Positions 47,958 through 61,725 of a DNA stretch of 64,000 nt are shown in pieces; the first letter of the stretch is position 1, and each line of letters opens with the position of its first letter. The notes under the pieces were generated by a model. It was given only the letters and a program-made list of their open reading frames with translations, did not search any database and was not told where the DNA came from. A program made the position numbers and the translations under genes. The stretch comes from Lama guanicoe. Its lineage: Eukaryota. Location: the NCBI GenBank assembly GCA_013239625.1, contig MU054187.1, positions 16,198,941-16,262,940 on the forward strand. Reading direction: 5' to 3'.

Positions 47958-50900
47958 GTATTTATATGTAAACAACAGCTAACCATGCAAAAGATTCATC
48001 GGAACAATCTACTGTGGTATAGGATATATAATCATAATTTTGCAGCCTCTCAGGATTTCCCCTAACTTGGGGTTTTTCAAGCTTCCGTGCAATGGGTTAT
48101 GGTAAACAATAAATGAATGATGTTAAACTGTTGTGATTTTCCAACGTGTATTTTATTAATTTTAGCTTTATGAACATGTCGATTCAGAATTTTTGGCAAT
48201 TAATCCATAATGAAAGGAAAGGAATTGTTGGGTGGGGTTTTTTAAATGCATTTGCAGTCTTCTTAGAGATCGGAACGTGTAGGTCCCACCAGCCCATGAG
48301 CTCTATAATTATTAAAAAATGGTAAAAGATTTTTGACAATTTAAAGAATTGGTTTATAATGGGAACAATGTGTTATAATCAGTAAAAAGAGATGTGTTAT
48401 GTTTTCTCTCTGGGTAGAATGTTCTTGAGTGGTTAACTCCTCTGTTGCTGATGAGAAGTAAATATCTTGTAAGTGGCAAGAAGGAGAGACTGTAATGACA
48501 GTGCTTTGTTCCTATGCCTCCTCACATTTCAGGCTGAAGTGCATTTTAAACATTTCCTTAGATTTCTATTATTTTCCCTCTCTATTTTTCTTTTCATCAT
48601 TTTGTGCTGTCTTGCAATCTACGTTCCCTGAGCAACCATAGGAACCAAGTTACATTAAGCTTCAACACAAAGACCTTGTAAGAATAATGAATCCTCATTT
48701 GCATCGACATTTGTATTCAGATTTGCCAGGCTATAAACTTGGCAGATCAAGCGGAATATTAAGTAGAGGCTTCCATGGTAAATTGTGGCTCTTGAAATTG
48801 CTATGTCCACCCCCACCCCCCTTTTTTTCCTATCTGTGGTGGCAGGTGAAGTCTCATGACTACTTGCTTCTTCAGGAGCACATTGGCCCCTTCATCTTTC
48901 AGTACATGATGTCAGTTTCAAGCAGAAGAGGGGAAAACCAGTAGTAGGTATTCTGGCTGAAGTTACAATATGACGTGTGACTGGAGAATTTGCTCTAGAG
49001 ACAAGAGACCGGGAGAGAGGCTCCTTTAAGCAATTGAAGGATGTGGGAAATTCAACTACTATCTTATGTGGGCTAAGGTTTGACTTTCCTGGTGTTTTCA
49101 AAATACACTAAACTCATAAAAGTTCATACACATTTTTTAAAACATTTTTAAAGGTTATAGAAAGACCAGCATAGCTCTTCACTCACAATAATTCAATTAT
49201 GCTATTCTGAGTCATTGTCACTGGTCGACTCATAGTCATTCTTGAAATACTTGAGATGCCTTATTTTAATAAGTCACTATGGATTGACTAACTCAATCCT
49301 TAGCTTTGCTTGATTCTGAAATAGTAGAATAGGAATAGTCATAGCTACTTCTGTATGAGTTCAGAAATATGACCTATAGTACAGTATTTTATCTGTATCT
49401 TTTACTTAGTAATATATCTACAATATGGTAAACAATGGGGTGAAAAATGTAGACTTTAATTTCCATGTTTGGTCCAGTCTATGTGATGCCAAACAAGTGA
49501 GTAATTGGAAACATTTGTGCATGACTTAATGTTTCATGCCTTATCCCACTGTTTCAGAATCTTGTAAACAGAGCCTAAATCTACGACCTATTAAACGCTC
49601 ACTTCTTACCATCTTTTTTTCTCTCAAGAATCCTTCACTAGTGGGAGCAGTACGATGTGTTAGAAGATCAGCCTTGCAACAGACTTACAATGGCCACCTT
49701 AACAATGGCTTTCCTTTTTAATTTATATTTTACTTAAATAGTGTAAATGATGAAACATAGACTGGATCTACTATAAAACACTTCTTTCTGGTATAAAGAA
49801 TTGTGAAATCTTAGTAACTAGTATAAGCAACTGGCTTAGATAACTCAATTTAAGTTTAGGTAAGGTTTAATTGTGTGTGGAGAAATGGGAGCTGTTCCAT
49901 GAAAGATGCCTGACTGTTTTTCTTTCTTTTTTTTCTTTTTTGGAAAAAAATGTACTGGTAAATATTTAGATTGAAGGATAATACTTCATAAGTTTTCATA
50001 AACCTGTAAAAATATTTATAAGAATCGTGCCAAAAATTCATATATTAGAATGATTTATATTAATCTATCGCAATGTGGTATATTCTAAAGCAGGTATTAG
50101 ATATCTTAACAGTAACTGAGTTTTAGGATCTGAATAGTAAAATACAAATCATGACTTCCGAGAATGACATATTTGCATTCCACAAACTCACCATATTTAA
50201 GGAAAGTAAACTACTAGACACTTTGATACTAATCAGAACTTAACTGAAAAACAAGGGTATTACCACTAACTGGCAAAATTTAACTTTTATATTTATGCTT
50301 TAGTGTGAAAAAGATGAAAGCATGGTAACTATCATTAAGTTGCCTTGATCTAGAGCAATCAGGTACAAATGACATTTAAATAGAGATCTCCTTGGGGCTT
50401 TTAGTGATAGCAACTTCTGTCGAAGTATAACCATCAACTTTATAACACAATTGCAAGCAAAAGCTAGAGACTGATACGCTACTTTGAGATCATGTTGTTT
50501 ATACTTGTCAAGCAAAGACATCAATGCATCTTTTGTTTTTAAATATACATGCTATTTCACATGAGTGTGAAATTCAATTTAATTTCAAAATGGTATTTTA
50601 CCAACGTGGATCAGGTGGGTGGGTGAGGGACTATGTATTAACCCCTTTATCATAAAAAAAGTAAGAATGCATTTGATTGTATCCAAAAATTAATTTTGGT
50701 TATATATTCAAGTAGGATTTAGAAAGGAAGAGATTTATATCTATACCTTTCTTCAAGACTGCCCATCAATTTGAAACTGTCTTCTTTAATAAATGCTAAT
50801 GATCTGGTTGATTACACTTGTGCATGTACTTACCATGCAGTTTTGGGAATCAACCGCTGATGAATCTTATCAAGAAGAGAAATTATAGCATTAGCTCATT

Positions 50901-53169
50901 TGCTTTCTAAACAGCAGGAGCGAGAATTCTATCCAAAATGCTATTAGTGGCATTGCTTTAACATCCACACAGAAAAGTGTGCACTATTTCTTGCCTGCCT
51001 TCTCAGTGTTTCTTGGACAAGGCTCTCATTTATTAGCTATGGTCTCTTCCTTCTTGTGTAGGAGTGCAATTGGATGTATATTCCAAATTGAAAATCAAAA
51101 CTAACACCAAGAACAAATTAAAGCACATATTTCAATTGAAGTACCTTATTTAAGTTTGAAAAGGGAACAAGTGGAGCTGGGAAAGCTTTTTTTTTTTCTC
51201 CTTACAGGGAAGATAGCAAAATGGTATGTGCCCAGGGGAATTTCACTATGTTCTGTTTCTGTTTATATTAGAGAAATTTTTTTAGAACTAACTGGTGAAA
51301 ATGCACATGTCCATGAGGTTTTCCCCACCCTAACTTCTATAACCACGGTTACACTAACTTGCAAGGTTGTCAGCCGCTGGCAAAAGCCCAGAGGACAGGG
51401 CGGGGCTCCCAGGCAGGCTGGTCCTTCTGGATAGATTAGACTAGGGGAGCCCTGTGTGCCTTAGCCTGAGAAAGTGAGCGTCCCTGGGTTTAAAATCAAT
51501 GTACTTCACTGGTCTGTTTCAGTAGGATGGCCGAGAGCTTTGCCGTATTTCTGAGGCAAGCAGAGTTGTGAGCTTAGACCGCAGCACGGAGTGGTTCACA
51601 CAGTTCAAGATTCTACATGACTTGACAGTTCGAGATTTTCACTTCTGCCTGAGTGGGGAACAAGCAACAGCACAGTCTTGATTATATTTTCTTCATCTTC
51701 TTCTAGGCAAATAATGAAGGGCGAATTTCTGAAACTATAGATACAAACGTAGACATAGATAGATGTGGATGATACAACTATGTCTCTATATTTGGAAGAA
51801 AAGATTATGTATATATAACTATAGATATTACAGGAATATGTAAGATATATATCTTTTTTCTCTCTGATTTTTAAGTGTATGCATCATTGTTGCTTAGAAA
51901 AATATGAACAGTTCATAACCACAAACTCTCTAAATTTACAATAGAAAATGTGTGTGTACATATATGCCATATGTATATACACAGCCAGAGTATGTTTTGA
52001 TGGTAAGAATGGCTGATAGATGTATATAGGCATCATGAAATTAAGAGATAGAAGGAAAAAAACCCCAAAGGTGTAAGATCGATGAAAAATTATTCTATTG
52101 TATCACTTGATGATCTCTATGCTTAATTTAAAACCTGGGTTTAATTTTATGTTTAAATAGTTTGCTCCTTTTATAGATGATTCACTGTAGAGGCTATTCC
52201 AAGAATGAATAGAAAGGCTTACTAATATTTCAGTAATTTTGAGATTATTGGAGGGATCTTGTCTTAATCATGAAATAATACATGTTTTGTGATGATTAAA
52301 ATGACGCAAGTAAATTAGATCAATGTGCATTTCATTCTCTGCTCTAAGAGTTCCTTTTAATACTATAGTTACCAATAAATTGGAGTGAGACTTGATCTGC
52401 CTTATGTTACCAAATTTTAGTGTAAAAAATTTAAATAATAATTCAAATAGTCTTTTCATAGTCTGTTTCTGACTATACTAAAAAGTCTTACGCATAACAA
52501 CACTCATCTTGGTGACTGTGAGGAAACAGCTAGAAATCTCTATTTTTACTATTTTTTTTAAAACTGTATCACAGACCTTCTTTCCCAGCTACCTCAGATG
52601 TAAGGTCAAATAACTCTCCCTTACAGTCCCCACAAAAATGCATCTAAATCTAATTCAGTAAAATCATGGATTGGTTTCTCTCTCGCCTGTTGGATATTCT
52701 GATGTCGGTAGGCAAGTTTCAATGTCAGGACCCAACTTGAGATTTACTGCCTCTCAGAAAACAAATTTCCTAATTTTCTTTTGGATTAACCTCCAAGATA
52801 TTAGGCTAGGTTAGTCAGCTATGATTTCAGAGGTGTGTGCTTTAAATTTTAAAATATGCAGCCAACCTCACGGTTTCCTCTGGGGATGCTACTGGCTCCT
52901 GCCTTGTCTGCACAGGTGACCGTTTCTCAGCTGACCCAGTGGTACGTGTTCAACCAGCAGCTGTGCTCTTCATTCCTTAGTCCTCTCCCTAAATGAATAT
53001 ACCTTTTCTCCTTCACTAAACTGTTGACTTTTTTGAATACTATTGCACACTGTCCATTAGTCTACTGTTCTGCTTACAGCTATTAATGCTTGAAATTATC
53101 CTTTTTACTTTTAAAATCCTACCTCTTTCATGAAGCATTTATTAATCAAGGGGCTATTACAAGGTGACA

Positions 53170-53767
53170 CTATTTCCTCCAAGCTTATGGTGGCGGATAC
53201 AAATTTTCCAAAATTTTAATTTTCCTTGAAAGCTTAAAGTTTATCAACAGCAAATGTGACAAGTCATTTCCCTTTGTGTTACAGTCACGCTTTGTTTATT
53301 TTCGAGTAGATAGCTCTATATACTCAAGTTGGAATAATCTTAGTTTGTCGGCCTTGAAAAATGGGTCTACTATAGCTCCAACTCAAATACGTGCTTTATC
53401 TCGAGAAAACCATTATAATTTGTACTTCAGTAAGCAGCGTAAGTTCTATGTGGGTACTTCCCATCTTGTCATAGAAAGTATTAAAAAGATATGTAACTAA
53501 TAGAGGAAATTTAATGAAAATGGATTCATTAAGGATCAAGGATTTTTTTTCTTCCTTAGTTCAAATGTATAACCCTGAAGAATACAATAATCTTCCATAC
53601 AGTGTGGCGGTACTTGATTTATTCTAAGAAGCCAGAACTGCTAAGGCTCTAGTATTATGTGCAAATTTCAACTCCCCAAAAAAAGAAAATAATAAACATA
53701 TTATTATGAAAATAGTTTTGACTTCAAGGACTCCCTGAAAGTGTATCTCGGGCTTTGAAAACCACTG
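53170..53767. mobile_element. hAT-Charlie DNA transposon (Charlie1-like) fragment
   Basis: ggtggcggatacaaattttccaaaatt...ttattatgaaaatagttttgact...ctttgaaaaccactg terminus. Confidence 0.75.
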
Positions 53768-53849
53768 ATCTCAAAGAACCTAAAACACAGATGTTCACTA
53801 ATCTGTTGTCTGATATTCAGCGTCATCTAATGATTGACGAGGATTCCAC

Positions 53850-54065
53850 CAATAACAACACCTAACACTTCCAAATTGTTTTGCAAATAATTTCGTATGT
53901 AATATCTTGTTTAATCATTTCAGCACATCAATAACCTATCATTATATTTTAAAAGAGAAAATTACAGCTGTGCTTAACAACTTTTCTGAGGTCACAAGGC
54001 CTGTAAATGACAGCATCCAGGTTTTTATCCAATTTTGTGAAGTCCAGAGTTCTCATTTTACTGTA
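53850..54065 (-). mobile_element. MIR SINE
   Basis: Reverse MIR core: ttaacaacttttctgaggtcacaagg..tgtaaatgacagcatccagg. Confidence 0.65.
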
Positions 54066-54540
54066 GCTGATCGATATTACTCTTTCACATCCTCCCCTAA
54101 ATTAAGGCATAGTGAATAAGTCCTGTACCATCAGCTTAATAGCAAGTCCCTAAGCACTCTGAGAATATTATATGTATAAATCTTATTCCCATTCCAAATC
54201 ACTTATGGCATGGAAGCCCAATTTTACATCTATTTCATCACAATCCAAAATAGCACTATAGTTATGTGACGTCCCTTAACAGACCTAGTTAGCTATATTT
54301 AACTGCTGCAATGATTGACTGCTGATTTGCTCATTATATTGGCCAAAATAATAACCATTTCAGTGACTCACTGACCAGTTATTCCAACCTTCAAAATGAG
54401 TATATCAGTACAATCTTGTGATCTAATCGGCTACATACTTCTTGGCTGCAATTGTGTTGAGCAAAAAGAACTTCTTTAAATCTTAGGAGGCACAAGAATA
54501 CAGGGAACAGAAGTTTAAAGAGTAATTCCTAAAATTTATA

Positions 54541-54735
54541 AAGAGCTCTTGCATAAGACTAAGTCAGACCAACAGAAGCCCTGGATCCTAGCCTCGGTGC
54601 TCACTAAATCAGCCCTGTAAGTTAAAATACCTAACATTACTTTGTCTTGGTTCCTTGTCCATTTAATGGGAGGGAATTACTATTGTTCTCTTGTTTTGCT
54701 TACAGTTGTAATATGATATGATTATGACACAGAAA
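54541..54735 (+). mobile_element. MIR SINE, degraded
   Basis: aagtcagacc...cctggatcctagcctcgg..ctcactaa...ttggttccttgtccatttaatggg. Confidence 0.5.
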
Positions 54736-55809
54736 TAAAAGTATTTCCCTTTCCGGCAGTTTTGATTTTCTTAATTTATAAGTTCTCTTTTCATGTCAAT
54801 CTGTCTTCACACTCTATGCTGAAATCTTTAAAATCTAATTCTTTGCTCAAATTTACAGATGAAAGTTATATAGAAGCTATTTGTTTTATCAGCCATTTAA
54901 ACCCCTTAAGGATAATACTTAATAAAATCTACTGAAACTCTGTGTGTGTTCTTCCACTAAACAAAAATGAGATTGGTTTTATAACATTTATATTATGATA
55001 AACTGGGGGTGGGATTTATGGGGATTGATTTCCTCCTGAAAGATTAATTGTATCCCAACCTGATATTTTAATAAGAAACCCATAAAAGCTATATTAGGGG
55101 AGGGAGAGAAGAGAAGAAAATTGTTTTGTTTGTTTGCCATTATTGAAATTATAGAAGCAGAGGTCTTCCAGAGACAGAAATATAATTTCAATTATCTGGC
55201 CTTTAAAAAACTTATTTTTATTTCTGCAGTGAAGGGACAGCAAATTATTGGTATGGGAGCCCTTTTTATAAAGACTCCTCCATTGCATAGCTATAATTTT
55301 TTTCAAATTTGTCTCATGACAACATTTATCCCTTTCTATATGATATTGAAGTCAGAGACGCCCAATTATCAGTAAGAGTGTGTTTTAAATCAGCTATGCT
55401 CTGGAACTTGGCTTTGCTGCCTACAGTCCACCTGAGTGTGGGCTGGTGACCTCAGCTTTCTAAATCTCTATGGAAGAGAACGAATCAGGTGTCTCCTGGC
55501 TGCTGAAGGCCACGTGGACAGGATGGACATGCATGGCCAGGTCACTGCTGTGCCCCCAACACTGCTTAACTGACCGAAGCAGCAGTACAAGAAAGGGGCT
55601 GGTACATAGTAGGTGATCAATGCACGTTGGTTTCCCTGGAGCATTCATGTCTATCCCTAAAGCTAAATTGCAAACTATTTAAAAATGGAAATAATATTTT
55701 CATTTGTGGAGCAATGTGAAAATATTTTTATGAAAAGCATCAAGTAAAAATAGCAAATATTGGTTTTATGCTATGATTTCAACTATATACATCAAACAAA
55801 ATAAACAGT

Positions 55810-56165
55810 GAGGAGAATCCATTGAATGGCCATCATTAGGGGACTGTTCAAATAAATTAAGGTGTATCAGTATAATAGAATGCAATGCAGCATTCAAAAT
55901 AATAATATAAAGTTATAATGTGTGTGTATGGTGTGATTTCCAAGATATGTCAAGTGAAAAAAGCAAGGTGCAGAAGAATGTATAGAATATGTTCTCATGT
56001 GTATAAAGATGTGTGCATACGTACATTTAAATTCACAAATGACAGAAGAATCACAAACTGATAACACAATTAACTCTGAAGAAAGATGATTTTCACTGAA
56101 TATACTTTTACATAGCTTGCTTTTTTTTAACCACATGAGTACACTAATAACACTAGTTTTAAAAT
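55810..56165 (+). mobile_element. L1ME 3' fragment
   Basis: ccatcattaggggactg...aataaatta...aagtgaaaaaagcaaggtgcagaa. Confidence 0.7.
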
Positions 56166-56698
56166 AAACAACAGTTAATTCCTAATGTAAAGTAGAGACA
56201 ATTTGTAGATTTATAAGGCAAATCCTTGATATGTTCTTCCCCAAAAAACAAGCAAAAGTTGACAAAGGATCACTTTTATCATTAGTTGCTTAGCGTTCTG
56301 TAAACCCAAAGAAAATCTATTTTTAAATATCTTACTCTATGAATGAATTAATTCAGAACAGACATAGCCAAAATTTATTGTTGATAGGACTGCCAGATAA
56401 AATATAATATTTTTTCTTTGCCAAATCTGGCCTCCTTAATTGTTGAGAATAGAAAAGTGTTCTGAGTTCTTAGGATACTATGTACATTCAATGCCAAACA
56501 TAAAGGTGTCTCTGGGTAGTCAATTTTCTATTACTGTTTAGGTAAAATATAATGCTCTTTTAATTAAAATTTTAAGTAATATTTTTGAAAGTTGATGAGA
56601 AAATAATAAATGATTCTCCCAAGTTTAAGATACTGAAATTCATACAACATGTAATCTGGCTCTAATCTATCTTTTCACATTTATATTCCAATGCTTAC

Positions 56699-57024
56699 TT
56701 TTTTTTTTAATTGACTTATAGTCAGTTTATAATGTTGAGTCAATTTCTGGTGTACAGCATAAGGTTTCAGTCTTACATGTACATACATATATTTGTTTTC
56801 ATATTCTTTTTCATTATAGGTTACTACAAGATATTGAATGTAATTCCCAATGCTATACAGTATAAGCTTTTTGTTTATCTGTTGTATGTATAGTAATGTG
56901 TATCTGCAAATCTCAAACTTCCAGTTTATCCCTTCTCACCCACCTCCTCCCTGGTAACCATAAGTTTGTTTTCTATGTCTGTGAGTCTGTTTCTGTTTTG
57001 TAAATAAGTTCATTTGTGTTTTTT
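56699..57024 (-). mobile_element. 5'-truncated young L1 3' end (camelid-type)
   Basis: T-tail, then attgacttatagtcagttt...ttcattataggttactacaagatattgaat...ctggtaaccataagtttgttttctatgtctgtgagtctgtttctgttttgtaaataagttc. Confidence 0.9.
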
Positions 57025-58089
57025 CCATCACCTTCATAGTCAAATATGATACCAATTTATTACAAGCAAATTAATCCTATCTATTGTTCAGTGAACGTGC
57101 CTTCTTCCCAAAAATACTCACTACAACTCCGACTCCTATATCTCCCTGATCTCCATGCCCATGTTTATGTTGTCCGTGGATCTGAGATGTCCTCACAAGT
57201 TCTATTCTAGCTGCTTCAGTTCGAAGACTCTTTTCATTCTCTGATCTCATTTGCCCAGTCCTTGTTTTATAACGCCTTCTATTATTGTAGTATGTATACA
57301 AATCCATGTCCCTAACAGATAAATAGAAGCATCATGAAAGTAGGATGCAACCACTTCCTCCACATCTCTGATCTTTAATCACTCCATATGTGCCGGGACC
57401 CTGACCCAGTATCCTACACAGAGAATGTATCCAACAGAGTCCAACAGATGTGTGGGCGAATGGCAGTAGACTGTTCAGCCCCTCTGAAGATTAAACTCCA
57501 GTCAGTTTGGAATCTCACGCACACACACACATACAAAACTACCCCCATTCAGCATATCATATTCCCTTCATAGTTGAAAATAGTTCCTAAAATGATCTTA
57601 ACCATATTCTTTCCAAGTTAAAATTATAAGTTAAATTCCACGTCCTTCACTTAAGATTTCTACTCTATTTCCTTAGCCTTCTGTCATTCTGACATTGTTC
57701 ACATCAGTCCTTCCATTGTCCTTTAGGCTGCAAAATGCAGAGCTGGGCATTATATTTAGAGAATCAGAGCAGTGCTGAATAATTTTTTCCTTCACTTTCA
57801 ACTCCTTTTGAGTCATCTCAATGTAATTTTTTTTTACAAAATAGCATATTAATTATTCTTTAGAACTATACATAGTCATTTCCTGTATTCTGCTTGGATA
57901 ATTTATTCCTCTTTTAGATGGCTTTTATTAAATGATCCTTGCAGATTAATTTAGTCCTTTTTTTCTAAGCAAAGACATTTTGATTGCTACTTCTAAACTA
58001 CAAGGGGCCATTTCTCTATTACCTTGATGCTGTTGTAAAATATGCTGGGTGTGCAATTTGACCTGCCTTTCAGTCAATGATGTTTAAAA

Positions 58090-58356
58090 CAATGATTCTC
58101 AAATCCCACACTGGTGCTATTTCTTGACAAAGTTTCTACTGCCTCATGGTAAAATAGAATAATAAATATATTGTAATGAGTTTTTTATAAAGCCATCTTT
58201 GTTCTCTTTTTGTGTCTAAAAATATTTCTCTCATATACTGCATAGCAGATGGTAGTAATTATTTTTCTACTATCACTAAAATGTAGGATGCCTTATACCA
58301 GACCCCTATTTTTTCATTTTTATTCTTTCACAGAATACCAACTTTGAGAACCACCA
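58090..58356. mobile_element. Possible degraded hAT-Charlie MITE
   Basis: TIR-like ends caatgattctcaaa ... ctttgagaaccac. Confidence 0.4.
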
Positions 58357-58384
58357 AGTTAATAATAGCTGTAGAAGTAGTAAT

Positions 58385-58641
58385 GATAAAAATAAGAGTA
58401 TCTAATACTTAAAAGTTAGCTATTCTACACAAAGGATTGTTCTAAGAACTTTAGATATATTAACTCACATAATGCAACAACTCTCTGAGGAACTGGTTAT
58501 TATTGTTCAAACATTAGAAATGAGGAAATTAAAACAGAGAGAGGTTAAAAATATGTCCAAAGTCATGTAACCACTGCATGGGGGAGCTGGAATTAACCCA
58601 GGGAAGGGCACCCTGAGGTCATGCTCCTGTTCACTGCACTA
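58385..58641 (-). mobile_element. Near full-length MIR SINE
   Basis: atatattaactca...caacaactctctgagg...atgaggaaattaaaacagagagaggttaa...ccaaagtca...gagctggaatt. Confidence 0.8.
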
Positions 58642-61600
58642 AAGTGAAGCCAGTGTTAGATTTTAAGTCAATTTTTATGTCCTGATATTAAAATTGAGCT
58701 ACTAAACTCTTAATTCTACTATGTTGCATGTAATAACATTTTCTACATATTTTTTCATATTTTAAAAGTTTTAAAATGGGATAGAATCTAAAATGACACT
58801 GTATTTCTGTCCATTTTTAATATGCATGCTTACCTCACAACATCATGTAGAAATCTCTCTCTTCTAGAACTCTGTTGATTTTTTAGGTCTATTCCTTCAG
58901 AAATTTCCTCTGAGTACAAAAAAAAATACTGAACTACAACTAATCAGGGGAAAACTGGACATTTATCCTAGGGCTCTAAAATTTAGAGTGCATAAGCTTT
59001 TAAAATCAGAATTTTAAAAGGTTATCGTGTCATTAGCAAAGGTTAAAAAAATAGGGAGCATATAAGTGCCAGCTCAAAATGACTGAACAGACCCACCTCT
59101 AGTATAAGCACATAATATAAATATATAATTGAGAAAAAAATTAGGAAAGGTCAGGGCTAGGAAATTTAAATAGGGTATTTATAGCTAGGGTGTAGTGAGT
59201 TATCCAGCTCTTCTCCCAGGGGACAAGAAGCCTATTGGATATAGACCCCAACTTTTTGGTGTCAGTATTTTAATGGCCCTTCCGGAACAAGAGATAAGAA
59301 AAATCTTGAGTCTGAGTAAAGAATGGGGCATGAAGCTGTGATCGTAGCAGGCCTGACCCAGACACACAATAGACTCTAGAAAATGCAGCAGCTCAGGGAA
59401 ATAGACAGGATGCTTATCTGGACCTGGAACTCTGGATGGGAAACAGTTCTCCAAATAAATTAAAATCCCTAGCTGACTCCACACAGGTATATGCAGTCTG
59501 CATTTATATTTCACAAAATGCAGGTATCTCAGACTGAGAAATTAAGGTAAACTGACCTAAAAATGTGAAACCTCTGGACCCTTAACTATCCAGGTCTCAT
59601 CGCAGGGGGTTTGGAGTCGGGGAAGACAGGTGAGTCAACTTGACCAGAAAATGAGTTCACAGAGAAAAAAATTACAAACTACACAATAAGATGGAGTTAT
59701 GATATTCAACATTAGTACTCTTAGAACATAAAGTAAGTTATCTGAAAGATAACACTACATAAATAGTAATTAAAGAGATGATAAAAGAGAATTCAAAACC
59801 CTAATGAAAGATCAGCACACTATGGGGAAGAATGGAATTTCTAGGGAAAAAAAAAATCCTTCTTTCTCTCTTCGAATGTGTCAGGCGTGTGTTGAAGTCT
59901 GAGAGGTCTCTTTGGCTTTTCCTGCTCCCTCCACCTTCATGCTTCACACGAATTTCCACCAACCTGTCTCATGTCTAATTCTGTCTTAGCGCCTGCATCT
60001 TGAAGGAACCAAACTGACATAGCAAGGCAAGAGGGTGGACACCGAGTCAGGCCTACTAGGGAAACAGCAGGGCCCTTCATCTGAAGGAACAGCAGTCATG
60101 AGTAACTGGCTCCACTCAGGAAGCAGACTTTCTTGAGTAGAAAACCTGTAATATAATTCTTACACGTGGTTAACGGCCTTGAGCTTGGGAGAGCTGAGGT
60201 AGCCTTTGAGGCAACAGAATCTGCCTGGAATAAGACTTGCTTATTTACTACTTACTTACTCAGTCTGTCCTCTGAGTTGGGAAGGTGGTTCAGTCTTAAG
60301 AACTTTAAAGACTTGTTTTCCCTCTGTAGTTTTTTGGGCAGTTGGGGTGCATGGCAATAGGTCTACCACCTCAACGCTGTCATGGACGGACAGCCTCTCA
60401 CCCGTTAAGATTCTGGAGACGGGTCAGACCTTCTGGCCCCTTCCAAACCTTGCCATCCCCTGCTGAAACCATCACATTGGCCAGCCATCTGTACAACACT
60501 CTAGCATCTAAATTTCACGCCCCTTAATATTCACCGTGATGCAGTCACTCAGTGTTTCAGTTACATCTGGACCATAAACTCTCCCTGATGATTTCAGTCC
60601 AAAATTTCCAAGTAAATGCAACCTCGCAGGCCTCCAGCTTGCTAACACCGTCATGTCACCACATGTGTTTCTGACTCCTTAGTACCTGCAGCCAAGCACC
60701 CGTTCCTACTCTTCCCATGTCGTGGTACCCTGTCCTCCCCATGTCCTATGGCATCCAGTCTTTTCAGTCATTTTCATGTTCTGAATTCTTTATGTCCTTG
60801 AAACATACTATAAACAATAAATTGGTTAACAGCAGAATAACAGAACATTAGAAAATAAATAGCTAAAAATGTGGAATTTTTTGTTTGGACTTTTTTTTTT
60901 ACCCTCACCACAATGAGATCCAGTGTTTTGAATGTTTAGTTGCATGTAAGAATCACTGGTCTAGGTCTCATCCTCTATGAAAAACATATTTGCTTCTGTT
61001 GTTCACTATCCAAAACAATATTATTTGATTGTGTGTCAGTTGCATGTATCTTTATTGAAAACTATTACAGATGATACTATGTCCTAAATGCAGAGTCTAG
61101 TGAAAAGTGTAAGTGGTTTCTAACTTGTAATTTGCTTAAATATTTTTTCATTAGTTGTTTCAACTCTTAGTTTTCTATCTACCATGGCCGTAAGATGCCA
61201 GGTTTAGTTTCGAATTCTTAGCTCAGTTGTTAGTAAATACTGAATTAATTAAAATAAATTACCAAAAAGCTCAGCCTGTTTTGAATCATCTTTCTTTCAT
61301 GCACTTTGTTAAAGGTACCAAAAGTTGTTTTGACATTTTTATGGTTATGTTCCTCTCTGGTGTATTACTGGAGCCCCAAAGATTGAAACACTGTAAGAAA
61401 CGATCCCACTGTGAATATAAGGTCTATTATTTACATGACAAAGATAAAAAACATTGCCCAAAATAATTGTATCTTAACTTATAAACATTTTTGAATTTGT
61501 TCAGAAAACACAGGAAAACCATTGAAACATTGTGGCTGCTAAGGCTATACATGGTCATTAACTTCTTTGAGGCTATTTCATCACATATAGAAGCCCATCA

Positions 61601-61725
61601 CTGTGAGGGTTATTTATGAAAAGTCTAGTTTTGCAAGGTCAAAATAATCTAATGATGGAATAATTTTAGAAACATAAATTATCCAGAATTCATGAACTGT
61701 TGAAACTAGCTCTTTCTGCTCTGCC

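Noticed and set aside
49845..49865. AG|GTAAGG recursive-splice-site-like motif
   Set aside because: Lacks the strong polypyrimidine tract expected for recursive sites. The same applies to catAG|gtaagt near 22195.
59594..59629. 36-nt micro-exon candidate with strong CAG|gtgagt donor
   Set aside because: Weak pyrimidine tract and no supporting context; indistinguishable from a pseudo-exon
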